A stretch of DNA of 64,000 nt from assembly GCA_013239625.1 (NCBI GenBank), contig MU053482.1, positions 4,601,775 through 4,665,774 on the forward strand, written 5' to 3'. This DNA comes from Lama guanicoe (taxonomy: Eukaryota). The notes below the pieces were generated by a model. The model was not told where the DNA came from. It saw only the letters and a program-made list of their open reading frames with translations, and made no database searches. The position numbers and the translations under genes are program-made. Positions 26,974-39,805 of the stretch are shown here, piece after piece; the stretch's first letter is position 1; each line of letters begins with the position of its first letter.

Positions 26974-27175
26974 CAAGGGGTCAGCAAATTATCACCTATG
27001 GGCCAAATTCAGCCTGCCCCCAGTTTTTGGAAAGGAAATTTTATTGGAGCACCACCATACTCATCTGCTGAAGTATGTGTGCTGATCTTCCCGCTGTGAC
27101 GGCACAGACCATCCAGCCCACAAAGCCCAACGCTTTAACTGTCCGGCCCTTTCTTGAGAAAATTTGCTAACTCTA
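26974..27175 (+). mobile_element. MER58A-like hAT-Charlie MITE
   Basis: caaggggtcagcaaa...gggccaaattcagcc...aaaatttgctaactct with degenerate terminal inverted repeats. Confidence 0.75.
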
Positions 27176-27462
27176 GGCTTAACTGTAGTAGTCCTTCTAG
27201 GACACGGGTGTTTTGAAGATTTTGCTATGTTGTTACCAAGAGAAGATAGGGAATTTTCTCATTAATATGTCAGTAAAAGCAGAATAGAGTCTCCTTTTTT
27301 TCCTAGAATGTTTTTAATTTGAACCTGTCCAAGAACAGTTACATGATTTTCTAATTGTTTGAAACAACAAAAAGCTACTATCTAGAAAAATATTTAATGC
27401 TAGGAAAGTGGAATATTTACAATCTGCTTTTTATCCCCATTAATCTTTTTTATTTCTACTAG

Positions 27463-27518
27463 CTCCACAAATGCATATATGCTGATATACAGACTGAAGG
27501 ATCCAGCAAGAAATGCAA
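27463..27518 (+). CDS. USP47: USP47 coding exon (AYMLIY, end of catalytic domain)
   Basis: tactag|C TCC ACA; STNAYMLIYRLKDPARNA; donor gtatgt; 56 nt. Confidence 0.95.
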
Positions 27519-27719
27519 GTATGTTTACATATGGTTACTTGATTTTACTCTGTATGATAAACTAATTTTTTTTGCAAGTTTTACAAAACAAGATATGCCT
27601 AGAAGAATTTATTATAAAGACTGTTATGAGATAATACCAACTGGTAAAAACACTTGGAAAAGAGTTGAACTGTTTTTTAATATATTCTGCATTACATAAA
27701 TTGGATCTTTATTTGCAGT

Positions 27720-27960
27720 AAGATTGTATTATATGTAGTTTGGTGCAGTGATGATAACCCCCAGATCTGTGTAGCAGTCATAGCTCACTAGCTGCATGTC
27801 CCAGAGAAAGTTATTTAACTTCTCTAAATCTTACTGTCTGCATATGTAAAATGGGAATAATTACAGTTTTTATAGGATTGTTATAAAAAATTAAGTGAGA
27901 TAAAATTGTAAGCATTTAGCACCGTGTCTAGTACATAATAAAAATTCAAATTTAGTTATT
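27720..27960 (+). mobile_element. MIR
   Basis: agttatttaacttctctaa...tgtaaaatgggaataat...taagcatttagcaccgtgtct. Confidence 0.65.
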
Positions 27961-29654
27961 AAATTGCTTTTTTTCTATTATAAGCTTTTTGGTTATTTTA
28001 ATATCTAAAGGCTTTGAATGAAAACTGTAGATAAAGTACACTTCCAGCTTGCCGCTCTAGAAATGTTCTTAAGAACTAGAGTTAAATATCCTTGCTTATT
28101 TGCTTAAAAAGGAATAAAGTTTTATGAGTTGAGTATGCATCCTTTACTAGATTTTAATTTTATTAAGAATCCTAAAAATAATCCTTTATGTAAATATATA
28201 TTTCCATCCATCCATGTGGACTTGCCCCTTTTTTTCTGTAATTATTACTTTAAAAAATTGCAGTTCTTGTGTTTCCTTGCTGACTCTGATTCTGACAAAA
28301 GCAGCATTTGCAGATAGGGGTATGTGTGTGTATACATGCAGATATGTACACAGGTGATGCTCATAATCTTTTCATAATTAATATAATCATTATCTTTGAT
28401 TTCAACATATTTTCTTTGTTTACAAACTGTCATACTATGAGTAAAATCTATTTTAAGCAGTCTAATGTTTTTGTTCACATGTTTGTAAACCCTCATCAGA
28501 TTGTGAATTCAGTTGGTGCAAGGCTTAGAACTTATTTATCTTTTCACCAATGATATAATCCAAGGTCTGTCATATAGGGGCTATTTAATTATTTACTGTA
28601 TAGTTTTAGGGAAGAAAAAAGAAATTATAACAAGTCATTTCCGAACAGAGGTTTCAGATTAGAAGTAATCATTCTTACTTTACAGATAAAGAAACTATAC
28701 CCTAAAGAGTAACTTGTCCAAGGTCAGAGCTACCTGGAGGCAGAGCCAGGACTGTAGTTTATATGTACTCTGTGACACGCAGCATTCCAGATATTTCCAG
28801 TAGTGCAATAACTTAGCATTCCTTTATCCTCTGCCCACCCCACCATCACTCTAGTTTTGTGATCAAGCACCAGAGGGCACTGTATGTATGATACTGTATG
28901 TATGATATGGAATGTTTTTAAAATTAGAGCTCATTTCAAAAAATAGTGGATTTTTAACTTTCACAGAGGCATGATTTTTTTTTAATATAAGTTGTTCTCA
29001 CCACTTAACGCCTAACAATCATTGGCTTTATTAAACAGTGTCATAATCTCATATTGTCACTTTTAGTACTTTGAGTTACATATGAAGTTCTTTGATTAGA
29101 AGACAGCTAAAAGACTGCTTTGAGAACAAAGGAAAAATCGTATTAGTGAATAATAATAATAAACAAATAAATAGCATTTGTAGTAGTAGCAGCATCAACA
29201 CGTATTATTACATTTCATTATATCCCAGGTGGTAATTCTGTGTGGTAGGTGCTGTTAATAAACTGAGGAAACCAAGGTCTGGAGAAAAACTTGCCAAAGG
29301 TCACACAATTTGATGGTGATAGCACTATTTGAAATCAGAAGTGCCTTTATTTTCAAGTGTAAGGGAGACTTTTTCATTCTAAACATCTTAACTAATTTCC
29401 ATACTACAGTTGTCTGGAGCCAAGCACTATACAGAGAAATATATGGCTTTTTTGAGACCTAACCATGTGTCAGTATCAACTACCTCTTCACGCTTGTCTG
29501 GAAGAAGCTCCTGTTCCAAGCTGAGAGAGTGATGTAATTGAGATGTATTTTGATAACAGCTATAGTAGAAGTATATACTGTGGGAACATGATAGAACAAA
29601 ATTAAAGAATCTCAATCTCAGTGGCACTGTCTTACCCTGTTTTTACGTTAATAG

Positions 29655-29767
29655 AATTTCTAGAAGTAGATGAATATCCAGAACATATTAAAAACTTGGT
29701 GCAGAGAGAGAGAGAATTAGAAGAACAAGAAAAGAGGCAACGAGAAATTGAGCGCAATACCTGCAAG
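29655..29767 (+). CDS. USP47: USP47 coding exon (predicted coiled-coil linker)
   Basis: taatag|[45 protein letters not shown]; donor gtttga; 113 nt. Confidence 0.94.
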
Positions 29768-30456
29768 GTTTGATTTCATAATTTTACATTTAATTAAAAA
29801 GTGCTCTTGAACTTTGCTTAACTGCAGTTCTTGTAACTAACTCATTGGGTTGATTCTGTAGACAGTTATGCTGTCATGATCACTAAGCAGCGTAACCAAC
29901 TGTATTACTGAGGTAAGGTGATTTTATTTCATGCATAAAAAACTAATGTGATACTAAGTGCTGGTGAGGTGACAGTGAGATGAACATTGTCACATTCTGC
30001 TACAAAAATTGGTAAAACTTTCTGCCCAGAAATTTGAATAGAATTTATCAAGAGTCTTTAGCAGTCTTTATATAATTCTCTTAAGAAAATATTACCTAAT
30101 GAGATAATTACAGATGTAAAAATTTGGACCACAAGTACATTCTCCACGCACAACTAGAGAAAAACTGGAAACAACTTGAATGTATATCAGTAGGCGAATG
30201 ATTACATAAATTGTGATACATGCTTATCAAGAAACATACAATTGTTAAAATTAGTGATTTTGTATTTTTTATACCATGAGACATAGAATTGATTATTAAG
30301 TGAGAAGAACAGACATGAGAGAGAATGATTCCAATTAGGTTTTTTGAAAATTATAATTATTTTGACTATTAGGAAAAAATATTGTCTATAAAAGAATTAA
30401 GCTTTGACTCATGACCTATTGAGTTGATGATGATATTTTACATTTACATTTTCTAG

Positions 30457-30561
30457 ATAAAATTATTCTGTTTGCATCCTGTGAAACAAGTAATGATGGA
30501 AAATAAATTGGAAGTTCATAAGGATAAGACCTTAAAGGAAGCAGTAGAAATGGCTTATAAG
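30457..30561 (+). CDS. USP47: USP47 coding exon
   Basis: ttctag|[41 protein letters not shown]; donor gtatgt; 105 nt. Confidence 0.95.
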
Positions 30562-30829
30562 GTATGTTTAATTGCATTGTTGGCATTTAATTATTGATAA
30601 TCTTACGTAGCAGTATTAACATAGTTTCCAAAGTTTTTATTATAGTCAGTAGTAATATAAGCACTTGGCAGTAGCTCTGATAGCCCACTTAAGTCACGTA
30701 TCTCTTTAAAGAGTGTAGTTTATACCTCTTCTTTGAAATGTACTCCTTTGCTTTTGAGAATTTTCTCACTCTGAAAGCCAGTTAAGCTTTCTAGAACTCA
30801 GAATTAGAAACAAAAATATTTATTCTTTA

Positions 30830-31310
30830 CATTTATTTAGCAGCTATTTATTGAGTGTCTACTATGTGAGGCATTAGAGATGCTAGAGTGAGCAAGACGA
30901 CCAACATGAGGTGTTAGAGATACCAGAGTGAGCAAGCCTTTGTGAAGCTTACAATCCACTGGGGGAAAAAAAGCAGACAATATTTAAACATCACAATTTG
31001 CAAGCATCTTATTGTCTAGATGCTGTAAAGTAAATCAGTGGTGTATTAAGATTATTTGTTTTGAGACTTTAACCATGAGAAGGAGACAGGTGTGCAAAAA
31101 GTTGAGGAAGAATAGTTTAAATAGACATAACAGCATGTGTAAAACCTGAGATGAGGAAGGGCATGATGAAGAGACTGAAAGGGGGGCATTGTGTTTAGAT
31201 CATCCTGAATGAGAAAAGAGTAGCATAAAATGAAATTAGGGGCTTTGTAAGAATAGAAGTTTGCATTTTATCCTAAGAATAATGCAAATTTATAAGTGGG
31301 TTTTGAAAGG
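30830..31310 (-). mobile_element. L2 remnant
   Basis: atttattgagtgtctactatgtg...gaagcttacaatccactggg...gcattttatcctaag. Confidence 0.5.
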
Positions 31311-32971
31311 TAAATAGAAAAGGAAGCATTCCTTAATCAGATTATTCTAAATGTCATCTACTATACCTGAGAAATTAAAACTTTTTGCCTTTTCCATGTA
31401 AACATTAGCATCATTTGTCTGAAATTGAACAGGAATTACCTAAAGAAAAAATTATATACTACATTATTTCATTTATAATTATGTATAGAACCAATCAATG
31501 AAAGAAGTAAAAATAATACACAAAATAGCCAGCATTGTTTCCCAGAGTGTGAGCCAGCACAACTTGCACCAGAATCACATTCCTATTAAAAAACTAATTC
31601 CCACAAATTAATCTGAATTTATGTGTTGGCACATGGGATTATGAATTTTAAGCAAGTATCTTAAGTGGTTTTTAGACATACAGAGTTTGAGAACTTGTAT
31701 TATGTACCTGGTCTTTCATAACACTTTTATCAGTATTGAAAACTTACATTTAATTGTGTGACTTTAATTAACATTACTGTCCATCACTAATCTGTAAGCA
31801 CTTACAAGAGTAAAGAGTATTCCGATTTTGCCCACAATTGCCTTTCCACCACTTTTGCCTGGTAAAGAGAAAGTCAAAATTGGATGGGTATGTGAATGAG
31901 TAAATGAATGAACAAACAATAAAATGGATGAATGGCTCTGGGTTCACCTGATTAAAGTAAAAATCCTTTAAACATAATAGTAGGCTGCAAGCATCATCTT
32001 TCCAAAGCAATAGTGAAACCAAGACAAAAATGGAGGCAATGTCTTAACTAAACAGTTTTACACAGTAAGGTCAATCAGTGATGGCAGTATTTTCCATCAG
32101 TTTTTAATGTAGGAAGAAAAAAATATTGCCGTAAAAATAGGAAGTGTAAGTTCACAAATGTAAAGAGTCAAATAGAAGAGAGAAGAAAGTCAATCTTATG
32201 TAACAAAAATACAGCTCCATTTCTGGGGACAAGAGTGGGGAATGAGTAGAGGTCAACAGGGACATACCAAGGCTTACACTTTTTTCTTTAAACTCATAAT
32301 CACAAACCTTAGATGAGTATTCTGAGCAGTCTGACTATGTTTCTCTAGGAGGCTCAGTTCCCACTTGAGGGGTGTTGTGTCCAGGGTACGCCACGTACTA
32401 GTGACATGACTAAGAGTGAAAATGTTTGATAGAAATTTGTGTACCCTGAGCTGTTGGTATTCTGGAGGCTAAGATTGAAGGGGACGGTTCAGAGAGGAAT
32501 GGGTTAGCATTTGGGACACATAGAAGCTTTGGCCTTTGTGGTGGCTCTACAAGGTATGCTGTCCTCCTGTGCTTAGGAAGATAGTTTACTAGATACATGA
32601 ATTACCAGTTTTTCTCCAAATTGGATTAAGATAACAAAAGATACATATCTAGTTGGCTGTTTTCCCCTTACGTTTCCAGCTTAGTGGTAATGGAGCGATA
32701 GCTTATAATGCATTAATTTGAGTACATCTAAAGTTTAGAATATTAACTTTTTTAAAAACCAAAAATATCTTTAAAACATGTTGTACATAGGGTGTATAAT
32801 CTGAGGGATAATGAAGTATGGGTATTTCAAAATACCACTTAAGTTGTGTCTTTGAGCTTTGATGCAAATCATAAATATATGGATTTTATTGTTTGTTAGG
32901 TAGTACAGTTACACATCAGACTAAAATCTTATATGTTTGTTTCTTTTTTCTCGGGTATCATATTCTTTTAG

Positions 32972-33179
32972 ATGATGGATTTAGAAGAGGTAATACCCAT
33001 GGATTGCTGTCGCCTTGTTAAGTATGATGAATTTCATGATTATCTTGAACGATCATACGAAGGAGAAGAAGATACGCCAATGGGACTTTTGCTAGGTGGC
33101 GTCAAGTCAACATACATGTTTGACCTGCTGTTGGAAACAAGAAGACCTGACCAGGTTTTCCAATCTTATAAACCTGGAG
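32972..33179 (+). CDS. USP47: USP47 coding exon
   Basis: ttttag|[75 protein letters not shown]; donor G|gtaaga; 208 nt. Confidence 0.96.
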
Positions 33180-34985
33180 GTAAGAAATTTTATGGTATTT
33201 TGGGTTGTAATGGACTTTATTTTCTTAAGAAAGTCTTTTGTTTATAGAAATTAATTTAAATTTTTTTAACCTGTTCTTAAAATGTAGAATAATTTTGATA
33301 GGTTGGGATATAGTTAGCAACAAACTTGGAATTAAGTTCTAGATTACTTTAAAAAAAACTACACACACAATTTAGGAAGCAGACAAGACTTCTAGCTTAC
33401 AGGCTTCAGTGGGATTTCTCTTCTCTAATACTGAATCATCCTCCCTCCCTCCCTCCCTTCCTCTGCCCCTGCCCCTGCCTCTCTCTTTTTATAGAGAAGA
33501 CTCTGGTCCAAAAAAGTATATTCCCATTAAGTCTCAGAAGTAGAGTCTTCTTCAGCGTCTCCTTGAAGACACAATTTCATAACCCCATCACTGCCAACAT
33601 TTAAAATTTTTCTTCATCCTTTCCATTTCTATAGGTCCTAGGGACTTCAGCTTTTTCTGTTTTCATTGAACCTACCACATTCCTCAGTATCTTGGGTTTT
33701 TCCCTTTGTTTGAGACTTTATAGAAAGCCAAATACCATGCCCCTAGCTTTGCCCAAAGTAGTCCCTAAAGACAGTTAGTTGGTCTTTCTTATGTCCGAAG
33801 TTTTATCGTAATCACTATATGTAAACCATAGCAAATGGGGAAACTTAAAATGTTTGAATAACTTTACAGAATTTTAGCTGTTGTTGTCTTGAACCTAGCT
33901 CCCTTGCATTGGTTATTAATCAGAGTCCAGACTTAAGTTCTCCACTTTTATTCCTCAAAATTGAATTTACAAAACACTTCTACCCTTTCAAATTCTGTTC
34001 CTCTATGAATCCTATACACCTCCTTTTTTTAATGAGGGTTCCTCTTTCCAAAGGAGAGTAAGTGTGGTATTCTTCCAAGGGCTCCTTCAGTCAGATACTG
34101 CTCTATCTGTAAAGAGTCTCCTTGGAGGATTTTCTTGCAGATTATTTTTGAATTAGATTGCAAAAATTATGACGAAAGTATAACATGAGTCAGCAATAAA
34201 GCCACTTTTTAAAAAGAGAACTCTGTTACTGTGAACTGTAAAACTTACAAAGTAATCTCCTTTATTCATTAATAATCAAGACTAGATTAGCAACATAGGG
34301 AAAAAACAGAGGATTGATGTATACTACACGTAATAGATTAGAACAGTTAAGCTAGAGAACAACTATCTACTGAATGTGGTTTTTGAAGATCATCTATTTT
34401 TCTGGTGACTGAAAGTTTAATTATCCATGATCTCCTGGAAACAGGAGAGGAGAAGATGGCATGAAATTGTAACATGAAGAATTTAAATCAGAAAACAAAC
34501 ATGTAAACCAAAAGCTCTTCTGTCGAATTTTCCATAGGATATAGAGAATATTATTTTGAGGAGAGGAGGTCTTTGATTATGAACAAAGTCGAATTGTTCA
34601 GTGAAGTTTGTCAAAAGCAAGTAGGGCTGCTGTGTCCCCTGTAGTAATTGTCTTGCATTCTCTAATTATTTATGTTTATTTAGTGTTGTAGCTTTAGTCT
34701 GTATTTTGGAACTTCGGATATGTATTTTTTAATGTTTGATAAATTTGACAGTGGTGTTATGTTTTATAAGGAAACAAAGCATGTATATTTAAGAATCACA
34801 TTTTTGCCTTTTGTTGTTTTTTAAAGAGATCTAAGAGAGCTTTTTTATTAGCTTCATTTTTGTTTCTTTATATGTTTGTAATGTGATAGACTGTGAAAGA
34901 GAAGTTTTAATATGCATGATACATTATGAAAGACATTTTTTTAAATAACCTCCAATTGTGTTTTTATGTTTTTCAAATGTGACAG

Positions 34986-35101
34986 AAGTGATGGTGAAAG
35001 TTCACGTTGTTGATCTAAAGGCAGAATCTGTAGCTGCTCCTATCACTGTTCGCGCTTACTTAAATCAAACAGTTACAGAGTTCAAACAGCTTATTTCAAA
35101 G
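34986..35101 (+). CDS. USP47: USP47 coding exon
   Basis: tgacag|AA GTG; (E)[38 protein letters not shown]; donor gtaagt; 116 nt. Confidence 0.95.
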
Positions 35102-35109
35102 GTAAGTTT

Positions 35110-35860
35110 TCAAACTTGTCAGTGAATATTATTGGGTGGTGCCTACTGTGTACAAAGCACTGTGTGATAGTTATGAGTAAAATACAGGAATTGGCCAATA
35201 TTTACCTCAAGGAGCCAATATTTATAGCTCGGAGACAGCTGCGGTTAGGAGAGAAGGATGCCTCAAATGGAAGAAACAGGCTGACCTAAGTGTGGAGGTA
35301 AGAAAGTGTGAAGCAAGTACATGTAGCAGTGACGTGTGTGTTTGGCTGAATCATTGTTTATGTACCTGAAAATACAGCTTCACTCTATCTCATGGAGGGT
35401 TTTAAAATGTACACACAAAAGTTTGGACTCTGTTTAATGTAGGCAGTAAGAAGTAGGTTGTTTTTCTAAGTACAGCAGTGGTAGGATGAGAGCTCTGCTA
35501 TAGGGTGGTCATTCTGGCAGCACTAGACTGTGTTCCTAGTGGACTGAGGGAGGAGTCAGAAACATAGATGAGGAGGCTGTTGAAGTAATTCAGGTGAAGG
35601 CATATAACCAGAATTAAGAGAAGTGGAGACTGTAGGAATGAATGTATAAATAGAATTGGCGGCACTTGTGATTGGTGAACACTGGAGCAAGGCCAGAGCA
35701 CAGAGGACCTGAGGAGTTTCGCACTGGAGTGACCAGAAAGGTCACTTTCTATATGAAAGGTCATATTCTATATGAATAGAAGAATAAGGTTGGGGAGCAG
35801 ATTTGACAGGGAGGGTGACGCATTAAATGTTGACCATATTGTGTGAGTTGGTGGTAAAGA
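35110..35860 (-). mobile_element. L2 remnant
   Basis: gtgcctactgtgtacaaagcactg...ggaggctgttgaagtaattcaggtga. Confidence 0.5.
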
Positions 35861-36473
35861 GCATAGGCTCATTCAGAATTTTTGAGCTGGAAAAATATGA
35901 TGAAAACATTCAGATTTCCTTGGACAAAAAAACTAATCCACTCCAGAGAAACGGTTATTATCCTTTCAGGGCTCCTGTACTCTATGGAACATAGGCAAAA
36001 TTTTCCAGAATTCCTAAACCTCACATTAAGATCCCTTGTGGTAGAAATTGTTCAGTGATCACAAGTCAAGAAGTTGAGTCCAGTTTCCAGTAATTTCCAG
36101 TCATTCATTTTATGGTAGTCTTGTCTTTTACTTCATCTGGGGTTTGTTAATGTCTGTCTTAACAGGGTTGTTGTGAACATGAGTAAAACAAATAAATGCT
36201 CTTTCTGTGAAAAAAAATTATGAACTATTATGTAGAAGTTGATTTTTAATTACTATGTTTAAAAAAAGCAGTGACTTCTAACACTTTTGCCAAAGTAATA
36301 ATTGGAGGAAACAAATAATATTGTGAAGGCATCGCTTATGATTAAATCACTCAAAAGACTACATTAATGTGATCACTTTGTATTACAGCTTAATCTAGAA
36401 TATGAGCACTGAGGTTGAATACAAAAAACACAAAAAACCACATGCATTTCCTCACCTGAAGAAGCTGATCATT

Positions 36474-36565
36474 ATAACTGAAAAATTGTGCTCTGCACTG
36501 GAAATTGACACAACATCGTAAAATGACTATAACTCAATAAAAAAGAAAGAAAGAAAGAAAGAAAA
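36474..36565 (+). mobile_element. Extremely truncated L1 3' tip with (AAAG)n tail
   Basis: Close match to the reverse complement of the 3' end of the young L1 at ~49885-49955; perfect 15-bp TSD aagaagctgatcatt at 36459-36473 and 36566-36580. Confidence 0.9.
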
Positions 36566-37109
36566 AAGAAGCTGATCATTTTGGGTGGGGCGGGCAGAAT
36601 ATGTCTGTAGAGAATAAAGACAGTCAGAAAACAGGAAGCCAAGAACTGTAGTGTTTAAAGTATTCCTAGGATTCCTAAGGACTGGTTATCATGGCAAAAC
36701 AAATCATATTTTGTAAAATTTAAATAATTTTTACCTGCTCATTTCATGAGAAATTTCTAAAATGACACCAAAATTAAGGACATTGAACGTTAGAATAAGT
36801 TTAAAGTTTACCTATTAATTTAATCTCATTGTACACAGAAGAAAATTGATTTAGTAAAAGAATAGTTTCAGAGCATACATTTATAAGTGATACTCTGTTC
36901 TCCTGATTTACAGCATAATTAATGTTTGGGACTAATAAGTTTTCCCATAGATTCTTTAAAAATTTGTTAACCTCTACTAAGATTATTTTTCTCTTAATTT
37001 TCTTTCTGCTGTTTTTAAGAACTCAGCAGTGTCTTATTTTCCCATATTTCCAAGTCAAGCAGAATTATTCTTGAAAGAGTACTTTTTAATCAGATTACTT
37101 TCATTGTAG

Positions 37110-37229
37110 GCCATCCATTTACCTGCTGAAACAATGAGAATTGTGCTGGAACGCTGCTACAATGATTTGCGTCTTCTCACTGTGCCCAATAAAACCCTGA
37201 AAGCTGAAGGTTTCTTTAGAAGTAACAAG
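37110..37229 (+). CDS. USP47: USP47 coding exon
   Basis: ttgtag|[46 protein letters not shown]; donor gtgtgt; 120 nt. Confidence 0.95.
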
Positions 37230-38187
37230 GTGTGTTTTTTATTTTTTCACTACTATTTCCTACGCTACAAATAGTAAATGAAATTAAGTTTAATATTATA
37301 AGCCTGGCCTCTAGAAATATTCACCACCTGAATAATACTCACCAGTCTGAAATTTACTTTTTAAATTCTCACATCCTCCCAGTACCTTCCTTTGTCGTCA
37401 GGTCAAATCGAGCTGCTTTCTGTCCTCTGAATCGGTCTTGGTGATTCTCCTCTTTGCCTTGTTTATGTGCTGCCCTCACCTGCAGTATTGTTCTCCCTCT
37501 CCCTGCATTTTTTTTTTTCAAGCCCCAGATCCGTCCTGCCTCTTTGGTGGAGCCTTTGTGACTAGTTCTGGTCACAATGATTGTGTCCTCTGGATTTTGT
37601 TCATTCTTGAGCTTCTCCCATAAAGCAGTATTCGTGGTGAAAGCATGACTAGCATAGAGAAAATTATGTTGGATTCACCCAACATTATCTCCTTTGCCTA
37701 CTCTTTTATGTATGTAAGAAAAGAGAAAGTTCATGTTGATCTTTTTGTTTCATCTCTTGGTATCATTATGCATTTTGTCATTTATTATTTTTCCTCTGTT
37801 TTTGTTCCTAATGCCATGGGTTCATTCTGAATAAATTGCATCCAAAATTTTCCTTGTTTACCATCTTTTATTTATCACTATTTCCAGTCTCATTCATCTT
37901 AGTGCAGTCTGGTCTTTTATCTCATTTAACCTTTTTTGGTATTGTTTTATTAATTCCAATGTGTAATTTTTATTTACTTCTAGTTTCTTCTAATACTTTT
38001 GTGTGATATTTGTAACATTAAAATCTCGAATCTACCCTATTTTAGGGTAAGGAGCAGGAGGGAACTTTTTTTTTAAATGGTTAACTGATAGTCCTGATTT
38101 ACAACATGTATGTAATCTTTTCATGCAAAATTCAAAATGCTATTCCTAATAGCCAGATTTATGTATATGCATTTCATTAAAAAAAAA

Positions 38188-38730
38188 CTATTATGGGAAA
38201 TTTCAAACATAAAGAAGTACAGAGAATGTTGTAATGAAGCTTTATGTACTTATCACCCAACTTGTGTAATTATCAAGTCTTGTTTCATGTATATTTAACC
38301 AACTACTTCCTCCAGATTTTTTGGAAAACATTCCCAGCATCTTATCATTTCATCTATAAAAAACTCTAAATGTGTATTTCTAAAAGATGAGAACTCTTTT
38401 TAAAAACATAACCACAGTTACGTTATTACACCTTAAAAAATTAACAGAAAAGCCTTAATATCAAACAGTGTCTAGTCAATGTTCAAATTTCCCTGATTAT
38501 CTTAAAAAATTTTTTTCAATAAGATTTGTTTTTAAAAAAATTTTTTTCCAATAAGATTTGTTTGTTCAAGTCAGGATCCAAATAAAGTTCATAATATCTC
38601 TAGTCTGTTTTAATCTAAAGATTCCCCTACGTGTTTTTTGTTTCCTTACAGTTTATTTCCTATAGAATCAAGTTATTTGTCCATTAGATTTTTTATTTAA
38701 TCTGGATTTTGGTGTTGCATTCCCAACATG
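38188..38730 (-). mobile_element. Old L1 3' end (L1MC5/L1ME-like)
   Basis: tattatgggaaatttcaaacat...tatcacccaac...caggatccaaataaagt. Confidence 0.6.
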
Positions 38731-39024
38731 TTTTTATACGTATTCCAATAAACAAAATATCTGCGTGCGTGTGTGTCTGTATGTGTGTGTGTGTGATCTG
38801 TCTCAGCACAGGTTTTTTTATGGCTAATTACAAAGACATATAAACATAATGTTTATTTTATTTAGTCTCCAAAAGCAATGCATGTGCCCCTTAGAAACAC
38901 TATCATTTCAGATTTCATAACTTACTGTGCACTATCTTATATTGATGTGATATTAATCTTATGATGAATGAGAATGTCACCAAAATTAATGATGTAATAA
39001 AAAATTCTTTGACTTACTCTTTAG

Positions 39025-39805
39025 GTGTTTGTTGAAAGTTCTGAGACTTTGGATTACCAGATGGCCTTTACAGACTCTCATTTATGGAAACTCCTGGATC
39101 GGCATGCAAATACAATCAGATTATTTGTTTTGTTACCTGAACAATCCCCAGGATCTTATTCCAAAAGGACAGCATACCAGAAAGCTGGGGGTGATTCTGG
39201 TAATGTGGATGATGACTGTGAAAGAGTCAAAGGACCTGCAGGGAGCCTTAAGTCTGTGGAAGCTATTCTAGAAGAAAGCACTGAAAAACTCAAAAGCTTG
39301 TCGCTGCAGCAGCAGCAGCAGGAGGGAGATAATGGGGACAGCAGCAAAAGTACTGAAACAAGTGACTTTGAGAACATTGAATCACCTCTCAACGAGAGGG
39401 ACTCTTCAGCATCGGTGGATAATAGAGAACTTGAGCAGCATATTCACACTTCTGATCCTGAAAATTTTCAGTCTGAGGAACGATCAGACTCAGATGTGAA
39501 TAATGACAGGAGTACAAGTTCAGTGGACAGTGATATTCTTAGCTCCAGTCATAGTAGTGACACTTTGTGCAATGCAGATAATGCTCAGATCCCTTTGGCT
39601 AATGGACTTGACTCTCACAGCATCACAAGTAGCAGAAGAACTAAAGCCAATGAAGGGAAAAAGGAGACTTGGGATACAGCTGAAGAAGACTCCGGAACTG
39701 ATAGTGAATATGATGAGAGTGGCAAGAGTAGGGGAGAACTGCAGTACATGTATTTCAAAGCAGAACCCTATGCTGCAGATGAAGGTTCTGGGGAAGGACA
39801 CAAAT
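39025..39805 (+). CDS. USP47: USP47 large internal coding exon (Ser/acidic low-complexity region)
   Basis: ctttag|GTG TTT; matches ORF 39025..39882 up to ...DEGSGEGHK; donor T|gtatgt; 781 nt. Confidence 0.96.

Noticed and set aside
28879..28906. Short tandem duplications here and at ~30867-30936, ~35737-35775 and ~55565-55610
   Set aside because: Ordinary slippage duplications without poly(A) or inserted sequence.
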